From positions 79,838-143,837 of the IMG/VR virus record IMGVR_UViG_3300045988_125079: a stretch of 64,000 bases of DNA; one strand, written 5' to 3'. The notes under the pieces are model-generated. The model made no database searches, had not been told where the DNA came from, and worked only from the letters and a program-made list of their open reading frames with translations. Below are positions 31,746-42,293 of the stretch, piece by piece; the first letter of the stretch is position 1; each line of letters begins with the position of its first letter. The DNA is from a virus. The position numbers and the translations under genes were made by a program.

Positions 31746-31823
31746 GAGCGCACGAGTAATGCAACCATATACAGAATTCGCGCGTTGATATGAGGAAACT
31801 CACGAAGCCAAAAATAAAAGGAA

Positions 31824-32321
31824 GTGTTTATTATAAAAATCTTAGCTTTTGACCAAGCACTGATAAAGACCGGTGTTTGTACATTAGATAACGGCACTGT
31901 ATACCATTCATTGATTGATCTAAGCAAAGTTAAAGACCCAGCCGAACGACGTATTATTATGCGTCAAATGATACAAAGCCGTATCAAAACCAATAACCCT
32001 GATCTTGTCGTAATCGAAGACGTGGCGCTACAAGCATCAGCCAAGACGGTAATCCAGCTCGCACAGTTGCAAGGTGCGATTATTGGAGCGTGTGAATTAT
32101 TCAATATTCCTTATGAAATCATAAAACCGGCTGAATGGCGTAAAACGCTCGATTTTAAACAGGGACGACAAGTAAAACGCCCAGAATTAAAACAGCAAGC
32201 TATTGATTATGTGGCCGAATATTACGGTGAGAATGTCTCTTCTGATGAAGCGGATGCGATGTGTATTGCAACTGCTGCACTGATGAGACTTGAACAAGAT
32301 AAAATTACACAGGAGGACTAA
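31824..32321 (+). CDS. ruvC: RuvC-like Holliday junction resolvase (165 aa)
   Basis: ILAFDQA...VVIEDV...SDEADA acidic catalytic pattern typical of RuvC-fold resolvases. Confidence 0.65.
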   Translation: MFIIKILAFDQALIKTGVCTLDNGTVYHSLIDLSKVKDPAERRIIMRQMIQSRIKTNNPDLVVIEDVALQASAKTVIQLAQLQGAIIGACELFNIPYEIIKPAEWRKTLDFKQGRQVKRPELKQQAIDYVAEYYGENVSSDEADAMCIATAALMRLEQDKITQED

Positions 32322-32326
32322 AAATT

Positions 32327-32854
32327 ATGAGTGAAAAATATAATCTAACTCTCAAGGAGCGAATTGATTTTGTAGACAGTGTAGTGGATCTGTCTAAGCG
32401 TGATGGTTATTATGATCCAGCACTATATGACTACGCATTCCGTATCGCCACTGTAGCGTATTTCACTGATACCAATGTTAATGATTTAGATGGCGAACAA
32501 TTGAGCAATCTTGCTTTTTCCGATGACACAACTAATCTGATGAACGAAGCTCCGCGCAAGTATATTCTGGGTACACTGAATAAGGCTTGTCGTGAGAAAA
32601 TTGAGATTGAGCGTCAGCAGTATATGGCATTGTTCGAGACGACCGCAAAAAATCAGCCGTTTGAGGATCTGATGCAGCTGGCAACCGATGTACTAAATGG
32701 TATTGGTGAGCAGTTTAACATGAAGGAAATAATCAAAACTATCTCTGAAGAGAACATGAAGAACCCTGTGATCGATAACGATTATAGTATTAAAACTCCA
32801 GAAGGGATGCTTGATGGAGCTCCCGTCACAGCGCTTGTTGAAGGCAAGGAGTAA
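32327..32854 (+). CDS. tail assembly chaperone candidate (175 aa, acidic)
   Basis: AGGAGGA SD. Position just upstream of the tape measure. Confidence 0.4.
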   Translation: MSEKYNLTLKERIDFVDSVVDLSKRDGYYDPALYDYAFRIATVAYFTDTNVNDLDGEQLSNLAFSDDTTNLMNEAPRKYILGTLNKACREKIEIERQQYMALFETTAKNQPFEDLMQLATDVLNGIGEQFNMKEIIKTISEENMKNPVIDNDYSIKTPEGMLDGAPVTALVEGKE

Positions 32855-32858
32855 AGCT

Positions 32859-33338
32859 ATGGCAAAGTTTACAGCTACTACGGTTAACGCTCTTCAGACT
32901 GAGATCATGCGGCGAGTGAATAAAGCTATGAAAAATAGTGTCGCTCCTTATGTAGAAGATAAACTCAAACAGCATGTTGAAAAGGACGTATATTCGACTT
33001 ACTCCCCTGTCGAATATGATAGACGTGAAACCGATGGTGGTTTGTTAAACGATTCAAAAGATTCTGGTATAAGCAGTACATATCGAACAGCTGACAGAAC
33101 GTTAACCGTGTTTGAACGAGCGCCAGTCGATCCGCCCAAACTTGAGCACAAAGAATATAATGCTCCTGATGGATTAGCTAGATTAATCGAAGAGGGTGCA
33201 CATAATCCTTGGAACAATCGACATTATAAATGGGAGAATCCACGTCCGTTTGTATCTAAAACGCAAGCAGATATTAATGCACATAATTCTGCAATTGTTA
33301 AGATGCTAAAAAATCAAATTGAGCACGATAAAGAATAA
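32859..33338 (+). CDS. tail-module protein (159 aa)
   Basis: ATG at 32859, directly after the previous stop. Confidence 0.45.
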   Translation: MAKFTATTVNALQTEIMRRVNKAMKNSVAPYVEDKLKQHVEKDVYSTYSPVEYDRRETDGGLLNDSKDSGISSTYRTADRTLTVFERAPVDPPKLEHKEYNAPDGLARLIEEGAHNPWNNRHYKWENPRPFVSKTQADINAHNSAIVKMLKNQIEHDKE

Positions 33339-33349
33339 TTAAAGAGAAG

Positions 33350-33378
33350 AGCAGACTTATTGAAAGCCTGCTTTTTTT
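33350..33378 (+). terminator. rho-independent terminator
   Basis: Hairpin AGCAG..CUU/AAG..CUGCU followed by a run of seven T. Confidence 0.5.
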
Positions 33379-33407
33379 AGATTCGGCTCCAAAAGGAGGA
33401 ATGTGAT

Positions 33408-36400
33408 ATGGCGCGTGAACCAGAGTTAAGCATTAAAGTCAAAGTAGATCCACAAATTAACCCATCAAGCTTAAAAACGAATATTGAGCGTCAGGTAAAA
33501 CAAAGTGGTGAAAAGCCAAAGGTTGAGATTGATCCTAATGTTGATGGTATTAAGGGTAAAATTGAAGAAAAGCTTAAGAATGTCAAAGCGACTGCAACTG
33601 TAACGCCGATTGTTGACACTGAAAAAATTAAAACAGACATTCAGCGACAGATTAACAGCATTAGCGATATGCCAAAGGTTACAGTTGGTGTCGATGTTAA
33701 TAATTTTTCAAATGAGTTAAGTAAGCAGCTAAAGACACAACTGAAAGAAGTCAATCAGCAACTAAGTTATTATTTGAAGAATCTGACAAGAAATACAAGT
33801 AACCTTGGATCTTTTGCAGAAAATATTTTTAGCATTAAAGGAGTCGCGCCTGCAGCACAAAAGGCTGTGAAAAATGCCGTTGATGAGGCTACTCGAGCAG
33901 CCAAAACATCAAAAAAAGAATTTAATATTAACGATTTGTTTAATTTCAAAATTTCAGACAACACAAAAAAGAAAAGCTTATCTGAAATTGAAGACTTGAC
34001 AATGAACGTTACAGAAGGACTGGACGAATTAAGAAAGAGCGTAGAATCCTGGGATCAAAAAAAAATATCAACAAAAGAGTTCAATGATGGTCTTACAAAA
34101 TTAAAATCTAATGCTTTAGAATTAAAAAGTATAATTTCGTCTTTTAACACCGCGCTTAATTCAGATAATTCAGGCGTAAAAACATTTTTGGATTTGCTAA
34201 AACAAAATGGCTTTGATTTAGCAACGAATACTGGTTCTTTTCAGAACCTCGAATCTCTTCTTGAATTATTAACAAACTTCGATGAGAATTTCAAAACTCC
34301 AACTGAAGCATTTAAATTTGTAGATTCTTTAGACGAAGAAGCGAAACACTATGACAAGGATTTACGAAGGCTATGTCAAAATGCTATTTCCGAATTCGGA
34401 GATATCCAGGATAAATCTGCTGAAACAATCAATAATATCAAAGCAATAAATATTGAAACAAAAAAAGCGCAGCAAGAATTAAAAGTGAATAAAGCAGATG
34501 ATAAATCTGGTTATCTTGATGCTTCTACGATTGAAGCTTATGGCAATGCAATTGACAGAGTTCTTGGCAATATTGCTCAAAAGCAAGAAGACATCAATGC
34601 AAAACGACAAGAAGCCATCAATCTTGAAAAAAATATCCTCTCTAATACTGTCTCAACTCGCGAAGGTCTTAGTCATGAACTTGAAGAATACACTAAAGTT
34701 CTAAATAAATTTGATACTGAAAAAATCACTAAACTTGCAGCGAGTCTAAAAGATACAAGAGTAGAGGCCGAACAATCTGTCCCAAAAGAATTAGTCCAGC
34801 CCGTGGCGCAGCCTTCCAAAAAAGAACCCCCCAAATTTGCCGGAGGTGGCATTCCAGATTTTAATGAGGGATTAAAGAATAACAAAAAAACTGAAGAAAC
34901 CGTTATTCCCATTAAGGGTAAAGTAACAATCACAGATGCTGATATCACAGTAGATGTAAAAAATCCTGTCAAGATTCCTAGTGTTGCAGTTATTGATTCA
35001 AGCGCCGCACAGATTGGTAATACAGATGATTTAAAGGTAAGCGCAGATGCTCTCGCTTCGGCTAATAAGAGCTTGAACGGTATTGCTAGTAAGACGGATA
35101 AATACGTTTCTAATATTTCTGCTCTTGGTCCTGCATTTCAGTATGTAGCGCAGGAAGTCGATAATCTCAGCCATTCTTTAGAGAACCAGATTATTGACTT
35201 CGATCGAATTTCTGAGCAGACAAACGCTTATATTGGCAAAGCTGGTTCTATTCTAATTAATACTTCCAATGTTGCGATTACTGGTGAACCGACAACTATT
35301 GATGGTAAAGTTATTCTTACCGCTAACGACATTGTACCACCCGAAGAACCTGTTGATATCAAGGGACATGTTGAGCTAAAGGTTTCCGATATCACTCCCC
35401 CGTCTGAACCTGTTGAGCTTCAGGGCAAGATTGCAAAGACGACTATGGAGTCTACGGCAAAAGGTAAAAAGAAAAAGGGACAGGATGTTGAAAAACCTGA
35501 TGTTGTCGAATTAGCTGGTCATGTTAAGCTTGAGGACAAAGATATTGAGCGACCTGATCCCGTCAAGCTCAATGGTGCCGTTAAAATCAAAGACAGTGAC
35601 ATCAAGGTTGGCGATATTGAAATTTCTAAAAAGAAGTTTGATATTAATGGCAATTTAATTCTGAAGAATGCTGAGATTGTCGATGCGGTTAAAGAAGCGG
35701 CTGGTGAAGCAGCAAAAGCCAAAAAGAAAAACAAAACTACAGAGAATAGTGGTGGAGGATCAGAAGAAAAATCACTTGATTTTGATCGTAAAGCGAAAGA
35801 GGCTCATCTTGGCTGGCTTATTTCCAATATTGGAGAAAATAGAACATATTTACAGAGTGCAATTTCAAATAAAGATTCAAACAAGAGATCTTGGTATGCA
35901 GGAAAAATTGCAGACTATGAAAAGGATTTTGAAGAAACAACAAGAGAACTTATCGAAAATCTTACGGAAGAAGAGCAGGATTGGATCGAGTCCTTAAAGG
36001 GTAAAAAAATAAACCTCAATGATCCAAAACAAATCGATGAACTCATGGCAGATAAAACAATCTTGTGGCCATGGGAAGAAAGCGGCTCTTATTTAAACGG
36101 TACATTAAAAGCTGCCAATATGGCAGGATTTTATAATGTTTCTGAAACTGATAAAGCTAAAAAGAGAAATAGCTATGAAAAAGAATATGTCGAGTTAATA
36201 AAACAAAAACCGGCATTGATTAAAGCTGCCGCAGAAGCAAGAAAACAATATGGCGAAGACAGTGACGCCTATAAGGATGCTGTAAGGGCAAAAAAAGAAA
36301 ATGAAGAAGCTTTACGTGCTATTAATCCTGATAGACAAAAATCTAATGTTCCAAGAGGAATTGTTGATGGTGGCTATTCAAACTCCCCCGCTGTCCAAAG

Positions 36401-38495
36401 CACATTGGCTGACATTCATAAACAGGTGCAAAAACGGCGTTCAGAGCTACTGTTGCAAAAAACAAAAGATTCTAAAGATGTTAATGATAAACAAACTCAA
36501 CAAGCAAAAAAGATTTTATCTGATGCATTTATTGAACAGGTAAGAGCTTATGCTGATGGTTTAAAAGAATCTTCAAAGTACAACGATGATGACGTTTCTG
36601 AATCTGCAAAAACTGCCCGCAAACAGATGCAGGATGCTTTTGATTCTGCCAATGATAAATTTTTAGAATTGCTTGATGTTTTTTCTGGAGACGAAATCGA
36701 TCAGCTTACATTAAAAGCAAAGAAGGAACTTGATTCTGCTAATAGAATTGTAGATCGCCGAATTGCAAATCTCACTGATAACAATAATAAACAAAATTTA
36801 TCTGTTGAAGATCGTCAGAAAGCATTAGATCAAATTCGAGCTGCGATTGAAAAGAATTCAAACAATATGGACCGCGCCAGGAAGAATGGTTCAGCCGGTA
36901 GTGATCTCTATAGTCAATTCAATGCCAAACAGACCATGTACAAAGCACTAGAAGGTGCAGTATCTTCTGGATCTGGCATTAAAGATTGGGCGAAGACATA
37001 TTTTCCTGCTAAAGTTGACGATATCAATAATGTTACCGATGCTCTGAGGGAAATGCGCGGCGAGTTAACAGAAGACCAAATCAAATTAGCACAAGTATCG
37101 GCTGATAAGTCAATTGAACGTTCTACTAACAAAGCAGCTACTGCGGTTGCAAATTTAAAATCTCAAATTCATGACTATCTTGAAACGAACAAGAAAATTC
37201 AAAATAGTGAGCTGGCTCAGCCTTTTAGAGATCTAATGAATGCATTAAATTCTAAAAATGCTCCAGAAAAAATCGGAGAATTACAGAAACAATTTGCTGA
37301 GCTTCGTGCGAGATCTAAAGAACTTGGACTTGAAACCGAAAGTTTGATTGATAAGTTCGAGAAACTCTTCGGAACGCACTTGAGTACAATGATCACCATG
37401 GCAGCGTTACACAAGATGCAAGACGCCCTACGCTTGGTGTATCAGAACGTGGTCGAGATTGATACGGCAGTAACCGAGCTGAGAAAAGTTAGTGAATATA
37501 CAGGCAAATCTCTCGAAGAATATATGGGACGTGCGGCTGAACAGGCTCAAAAGCTAGGTGTCTCTATCAGTGATTATGTCAATTCTACAGCCGATTAGAA
37601 GCGGCTTGGTTATTCTGATGAAGACGCCGAGAATTTAGCAACCTACTCTACCTTGCTCAAAAACGTTGGCGATAATATCGATGACGTTAACACCTCGTCT
37701 TCGTATTTGATTTCTACTCTGCAAGGTTTTGGGCTGTTAGCCGATCAAGCAGAAGATGTCGTTAATAAAATTGACGCTGTGGCAAACACGCAGCCTGTTA
37801 CTGCAAAAGACCTTGGCGAAATCTTGACTCGCAGTTCTGCTGCTATGTCGGCCGCTAATAATACGCTGGAAGAAACTATCGCGCTTGGTACTGCTGCAAA
37901 TGCAGTTATCCAAGATGCAGATACGGTCGGTACAACTTTAAAAAGTTTATCAATGTATCTCCGTGCTGCTAAAAGTGACGCAGAGAATGCAGGTATTGAA
38001 GTTGACGGTATGGCCAATTCTGTGTCTGAGCTCCGCAGTGAACTGAAATCTCTGACTGGCGTTGACATCATGCTGGATAGCAAAAATTTCAAGAGTACAT
38101 ATCAAATCATGAAAGAGCTGTCTCAAGTATGGAGTGGTCTGTCCGATGTAACGCAAGCAAATGTCACTGAAATGATTGGCGGGAAGAGAAACGCAAATGC
38201 AGTTAGTGCTATTCTAAACAATTTTGACGTTGCTGAATCTGCTATGGAATCCGCTGCTAACAGCGCCAACGTGGCATGGGAAGAGAACGAGAAGTATCTC
38301 GACAGTATCCAAGGCCGCCTTGCGCAACTCAATGCAAGCTTCCAAGTCCTTTCTCAAGATGTCCTCTCTTCCGGTCTCGTGAAGAGTGGAGTATCTTTCC
38401 TCACATCAATTGTTAAACTTCTTGATAAAATCATTAATCTCACTGGTGCCCTTCCTGCTGGACTGGGTATCGCAGCATTTGCAACTCAGCTGGGT
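33408..38495 (+). CDS. tape measure protein, exon 1 (1696 codons, in-frame TAG at 37596)
   Basis: AAGGAGGA SD. Long coiled-coil protein with the conserved tape-measure core (...KLGVSISDYVNSTAD-TAG-KRLGYSDEDAE...). Coding quality collapses after ...AFATQLG at 38495. Confidence 0.75.
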
Positions 38496-38782
38496 GAACC
38501 CAAAATGACGGGTTTCATGATTGTGCCCAGCAATACTCCGGGTGGTGACACGGAACAAGTGCTCCGCAGGTATTATATTATATATTCGCGAAGCATGAGG
38601 GAGTATTTAGTAAAACCGACGAACATGGTGACATAGCCACGGCGAGTTTGGGTAATTCTCGTCCGGGAACCGAAAGGAATCCGCAGGCAAGCTCTGTATA
38701 CGCCTACATTATTATAATAGGCGCTGCTAGAGACGCTTCAGAGAGCATAATGTCGGGGTGGATCTTTTATGTGTTGCTTCCA

Positions 38783-38808
38783 CGATTTTGTTGACGTCAA
38801 CAAAATCG
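38783..38808. repeat. perfect 26-bp palindrome CGATTTTGTTGAC/GTCAACAAAATCG
   Basis: Read directly. It lies 112 nt upstream of the island promoter. It could be an intron hairpin (P8-like) or an operator. Confidence 0.8.
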
Positions 38809-38919
38809 CTCGTAACAATACTATAGGTTCACTATGGGGTGCTCCAAATCAGCTGTCGCAAGATAGCAAAAATTACAGGCGGTCTCTCCCCTGCTGTCAA
38901 AAGTGGAGAAATATTTTTG

Positions 38920-38948
38920 TTGACTATCTTAGTATTTCTGGCTATAAT
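38920..38948 (+). promoter_or_regulatory. consensus sigma70 promoter (TTGACT-17-TATAAT)
   Basis: Exact hexamers with a 17-nt spacer, 55 nt upstream of the ATG at 39003. Confidence 0.75.
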
Positions 38949-39002
38949 AAAAATATCAAAAACAATACACAAGCAAAACGTATGTAGTGGAGGTATTTTA
39001 TT

Positions 39003-39335
39003 ATGGCACGTCCTAAAGGAAGCAAGAATAAAGCAAAGGTTCTCGATGGCGTCGATTATGCAGCACAGATCGCTGAGAAAAATACTGCCGCAGAATCTCT
39101 TGCTGAAGAAATTGCAGCACTTGGCACGAATATTGCCGCGCTGAATGCTGAGAGAAAATCCAAAGAAGCAGAACTGAAAAAGCTCAACAAAGAAGTTACG
39201 AAGCTTGAAAAGAAAAAAGCTGAGGCCGATGAAAAGATTGCAGAAGCTGCGAAGAAAGCTGAAGCTGAAGACGTGCTCAAGAAACTACTGTCCAGTGGTA
39301 TGAGCGCAGATGAGATTTTGGAAAAGCTGAAATAA
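39003..39335 (+). CDS. Lys/Ala/Glu-rich coiled-coil protein with AT-hook-like N-terminus (110 aa)
   Basis: GGAGG SD. MARPKGSKNK start. TAA stop followed by a terminator. Confidence 0.65.
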   Translation: MARPKGSKNKAKVLDGVDYAAQIAEKNTAAESLAEEIAALGTNIAALNAERKSKEAELKKLNKEVTKLEKKKAEADEKIAEAAKKAEAEDVLKKLLSSGMSADEILEKLK

Positions 39336-39353
39336 GGTATCATCATAAAACAA

Positions 39354-39392
39354 GCCCGACTTCCCTACTGCTGGGAGGCCGGGCGTTTTAAT
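39354..39392 (+). terminator. rho-independent terminator
   Basis: 12-bp stem GCCCGACUUCCC/GGGAGGCCGGGC followed by UUUUAAUUU. Confidence 0.65.
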
Positions 39393-39449
39393 TTATGGTT
39401 GATTTTGGTAGCAAGCTATGATACACTCTCACAAAAGGAGTGTTGAATC

Positions 39450-39605
39450 ATGGAAAATAAAAACAAGGCAAGCGTAAAGCAGCCTACTAATAATCCAAAT
39501 CACGGACAAATTAGACATGATGGGCATTTTAGCTATCAGCCAGCACCAGAGAAGCCCAAATCTCCAAATACTGTTAAAACAAAATTCAATCCTAAAAAGA
39601 GGTGA
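39450..39605 (+). CDS. small Pro/Lys/Asn-rich protein (51 aa)
   Basis: AAAGGAG SD. TGA stop 4 nt before the next start. Confidence 0.4.
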   Translation: MENKNKASVKQPTNNPNHGQIRHDGHFSYQPAPEKPKSPNTVKTKFNPKKR

Positions 39606-39609
39606 TAAA

Positions 39610-40173
39610 ATGAATCCAAAAGATTTAATCTCTATTCTTCCGGATTTTTTATCTTATTTTATTCCCGGTGCGACATGTCTTATCATTTACAATTTTTTGT
39701 TTTTAAAGAAATCAGATCATGACAAATTCTTGTTTTGGTCTATTATAATCAGCTATACTTCAAAAATTTTCATTGATACTTTTATCCATAGCCGATTCAA
39801 TTTATTTCTTCATGCTATCTTTTGTATTTTTGCTCCAATTCTATTATTTAGTATCAAAAGAGTCGGTATTAGCGATTGGTTTGATAAAATCACCGGCTTA
39901 TCTAGCGAAGAAAACATTTGGTTAAAAACTATTGACTGGGGTAACGATAATTATATTGCTCTTCATCTTTCGGACAATTCCATATATACAGGTATCATTT
40001 ATTCCGTTGATTGTGACTGGATTATCTTGAAATCTTACGATGACGACAAAGGGAGTAATTCCAGTGATGAAGTCGATTATAAAATTCTTTGTATCCCGAT
40101 TTCTAAGGTTGAGCGATTCGAAATGTCGTATATTGACAATGACAAAATGAAGAAAAAATTCTATCCTGAATAA
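39610..40173 (+). CDS. membrane protein (187 aa, about 3 N-terminal TM helices)
   Basis: ATG at 39610 after AAGAGGTG. Hydrophobic N-terminal half. Confidence 0.6.
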   Translation: MNPKDLISILPDFLSYFIPGATCLIIYNFLFLKKSDHDKFLFWSIIISYTSKIFIDTFIHSRFNLFLHAIFCIFAPILLFSIKRVGISDWFDKITGLSSEENIWLKTIDWGNDNYIALHLSDNSIYTGIIYSVDCDWIILKSYDDDKGSNSSDEVDYKILCIPISKVERFEMSYIDNDKMKKKFYPE

Positions 40174-40182
40174 TAATTTCAA

Positions 40183-40220
40183 GTCCGTATGAGCATTATG
40201 CTTGTGCGGGCTTTTATTTC
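40183..40220. terminator. hairpin terminator between convergent island operons
   Basis: 13-bp stem (with G-U pairs) at 40183-40211, followed by UUUUAUUU on the plus strand. Confidence 0.55.
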
Positions 40221-40235
40221 TATATTACTACGCAG

Positions 40236-40580
40236 CTAATCCTTGATTTCATTATCAAGACGTTTGATATAATCTGCTTCCAGCTGGTCGAAGTTTAAAT
40301 TATAGCGAGTTTCCAAGTAGTTCAGCACAGAGTCCAGTGCACTTCCTATGAAATATTTGTTTGCACCAAATTCATATCTCAGGCTCCCAATCGTTTCTGG
40401 CATGATTGGATATCCATCTCTTCCGTCAAACAGGTCGTTATTACAAGCGGGATTTCTGTAAGCAACAGGATAATGATAAAACCCGCCCTTGCCGTAGTTA
40501 TTGGACTTGTTATATGTCCACTCAGCAGCAAAGTCCTCAAGTATCGCTATAAGTTCTGCACGTTCTTGTGACATACTCAT
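40236..40580 (-). CDS. hypothetical protein (114 aa), terminates at TAG
   Basis: GGAG SD. The stop codon is TAG, and the terminator hairpin follows immediately. Confidence 0.6.
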   Translation of the reverse strand: MSMSQERAELIAILEDFAAEWTYNKSNNYGKGGFYHYPVAYRNPACNNDLFDGRDGYPIMPETIGSLRYEFGANKYFIGSALDSVLNYLETRYNLNFDQLEADYIKRLDNEIKD

Positions 40581-40689
40581 AATTGATTTCTCCGTAAAGA
40601 ATTAGAAATTCGAATTACAGTTTTTGCAATGCCATTGTTTTCCGATTTTCCCGCTGGCAGCGCCCACGAGAGATACAGACACTGTGCGG

Positions 40690-41598
40690 CTATGGACGTT
40701 CTAGTTTTGCATCGATCGTTTTCTTCTGTGTGCAATAATCCAATACGTATTTCAAATCATCTCGAACTTTTTTAGTCGCATCGTCGCCGTGCCAACCCGT
40801 ATCGAGATATTGTTCGTAGAAGTATTGAATTATTTCCGTTTCGGTATGTTTCCCTGTGTCAATAAAATCTCGGAGGATTCGCTGTCTTTGTGTTGCTGAC
40901 TTTGTTGTTGTGTACCCATCTTTATTTATAGTTGTTTGTTGGGCAAAGTCGTCAAAGATTTCGTTCTGATCTTCATAATAACTCGCCCACAATGCAAGTT
41001 CTCTACCATGCTTAGACATAGATGAGTCAAACTCAGTCGATAAATAATATTGATAACTGCCACCTTTTGCAGCAAAAATTTCTTTTGTTACAAAATATTT
41101 GTCGCATTTATCACAGTGAATAACATCAACAGTGGTTGGATCGGTGAAAGCCTCGTATTCCGGTTTAGGTTTAATTCTAGCTCTATACGCCGTGCAATGG
41201 TGCTTCTGTCTGAAACATTTATTTGATTTAAAATAAAATATAACTGTGTGGAGTTTATCATCAGTCCAGTCGATATCTTGAGGTATCTGATACTGGGCTG
41301 CCAATGCTTGATCTACCTGTTTTGTTTCAAGGATAGTGTATTTTAAAGTCCGTCCGTCTTTCTCGATCTGAAAGGAATCTGCTCCTGTCGCAGCTGCTTT
41401 CATAGCCGCATCAAACAAATTCTTCATCTTTTCATCGCCACGCAAAACAAACACGGGATATTCATAGCATCCAGGCTCTGGCAAAACACTAAATTCGTAA
41501 TCCGACAAAATTATCTTATAAATTTCAGGATCGTCTACATTCTCATCCTCTGAAAAGTAGGCATATAATATCGCATAGACTGGATTATATGCTTCCAT
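40690..41598 (-). CDS. hypothetical protein (302 aa), terminates at TAG (25 more codons if TAG is read as sense, ending at 40615)
   Basis: Long ORF with GAGGAAAA SD. The stop codon is TAG. Confidence 0.6.
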   Translation of the reverse strand: MEAYNPVYAILYAYFSEDENVDDPEIYKIILSDYEFSVLPEPGCYEYPVFVLRGDEKMKNLFDAAMKAAATGADSFQIEKDGRTLKYTILETKQVDQALAAQYQIPQDIDWTDDKLHTVIFYFKSNKCFRQKHHCTAYRARIKPKPEYEAFTDPTTVDVIHCDKCDKYFVTKEIFAAKGGSYQYYLSTEFDSSMSKHGRELALWASYYEDQNEIFDDFAQQTTINKDGYTTTKSATQRQRILRDFIDTGKHTETEIIQYFYEQYLDTGWHGDDATKKVRDDLKYVLDYCTQKKTIDAKLERP

Positions 41599-41613
41599 GA
41601 TTTTTCCTCGATA

Positions 41614-42246
41614 TCAAAAGTTACTATTACAATTCTTACAGTGCCATTGTTTACCTAACTTCGGAGACGCGATACCGAATGCGTAAATTGATATACCACG
41701 GCTTACTCCAGAGATCTTCTCGGTATTTGCGGACTTACAGTAGGGGCAGACGACACGCTTGCCGTTGGCGAGGTCTTGCTGCTCTTGACGTGCGGCCTGT
41801 TGCGCCTCGGCTTCGTGTTGCTCGTGAAGATGAGCCATTTGTTGACGATGAGCTTCTTTGTTCTGTCTACGGATTGCTTCTTCTACACACAAAATCCCCG
41901 GATGATCTTTCTCTCGAAGTTGGTCATAGTAGAATTGAAGAAACTCTGAATTATTTCTTTTATAATGGATTTTATTGTCTCCAAATAATTTTCTATTGCT
42001 TGTTTTAATTTGTTTGTAGCGTCCTCTCAACTCTTTATGATCTTTTAAAATACAATCAGTTAAATATGCCCTTGTAACATTTTCATAATACTCTTCTAAT
42101 GTTTTTGTATCAGGGTCTTCTTTTAGATATTCATAGTCCGGGTATATTTTAAGAATTCTTTTTGCCTCATTCCACCAAGATAGCCTTTGAAAGTACCCTT
42201 CTGGTTTTGGAAATGGTATATCTTTTTTTATGATTCCTATTTTCAT
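41614..42246 (-). CDS. hypothetical protein with C-terminal zinc ribbon (210 aa)
   Basis: GAGAGGA SD. CPYCKS...WHCKNCNSNF. First gene downstream of the minus-strand island promoter. Confidence 0.6.
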   Translation of the reverse strand: MKIGIIKKDIPFPKPEGYFQRLSWWNEAKRILKIYPDYEYLKEDPDTKTLEEYYENVTRAYLTDCILKDHKELRGRYKQIKTSNRKLFGDNKIHYKRNNSEFLQFYYDQLREKDHPGILCVEEAIRRQNKEAHRQQMAHLHEQHEAEAQQAARQEQQDLANGKRVVCPYCKSANTEKISGVSRGISIYAFGIASPKLGKQWHCKNCNSNF

Positions 42247-42293
42247 AGCATCCTCTCAATCGTGACAAATAATCTTAACCGACCATTTTGATT

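Noticed and set aside
32327-33338. Programmed -1 frameshift (G/GT-type) between the two ORFs upstream of the tape measure.
   Set aside because: I saw no slippery heptamer or overlapping extended frame. The second ORF has its own ATG directly after the first stop.
38521-38560. Possible group II intron 5' end (UUGUGCCCAGCAAUACUCCGGGUG resembles GUGYG-CCCAG...GGGUG).
   Set aside because: I found no domain V/VI-like sequence upstream of 42306 or anywhere nearby, and no reverse transcriptase ORF. The same nucleotides fit a group I P1/P10 guide much better.
38634-38717. Read-through of the TAG at 38634 extending track ORF 37653..38636.
   Set aside because: The sequence after 38495 loses tape-measure character and matches structured intron-core motifs. 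I treated it as intron RNA, not coding.
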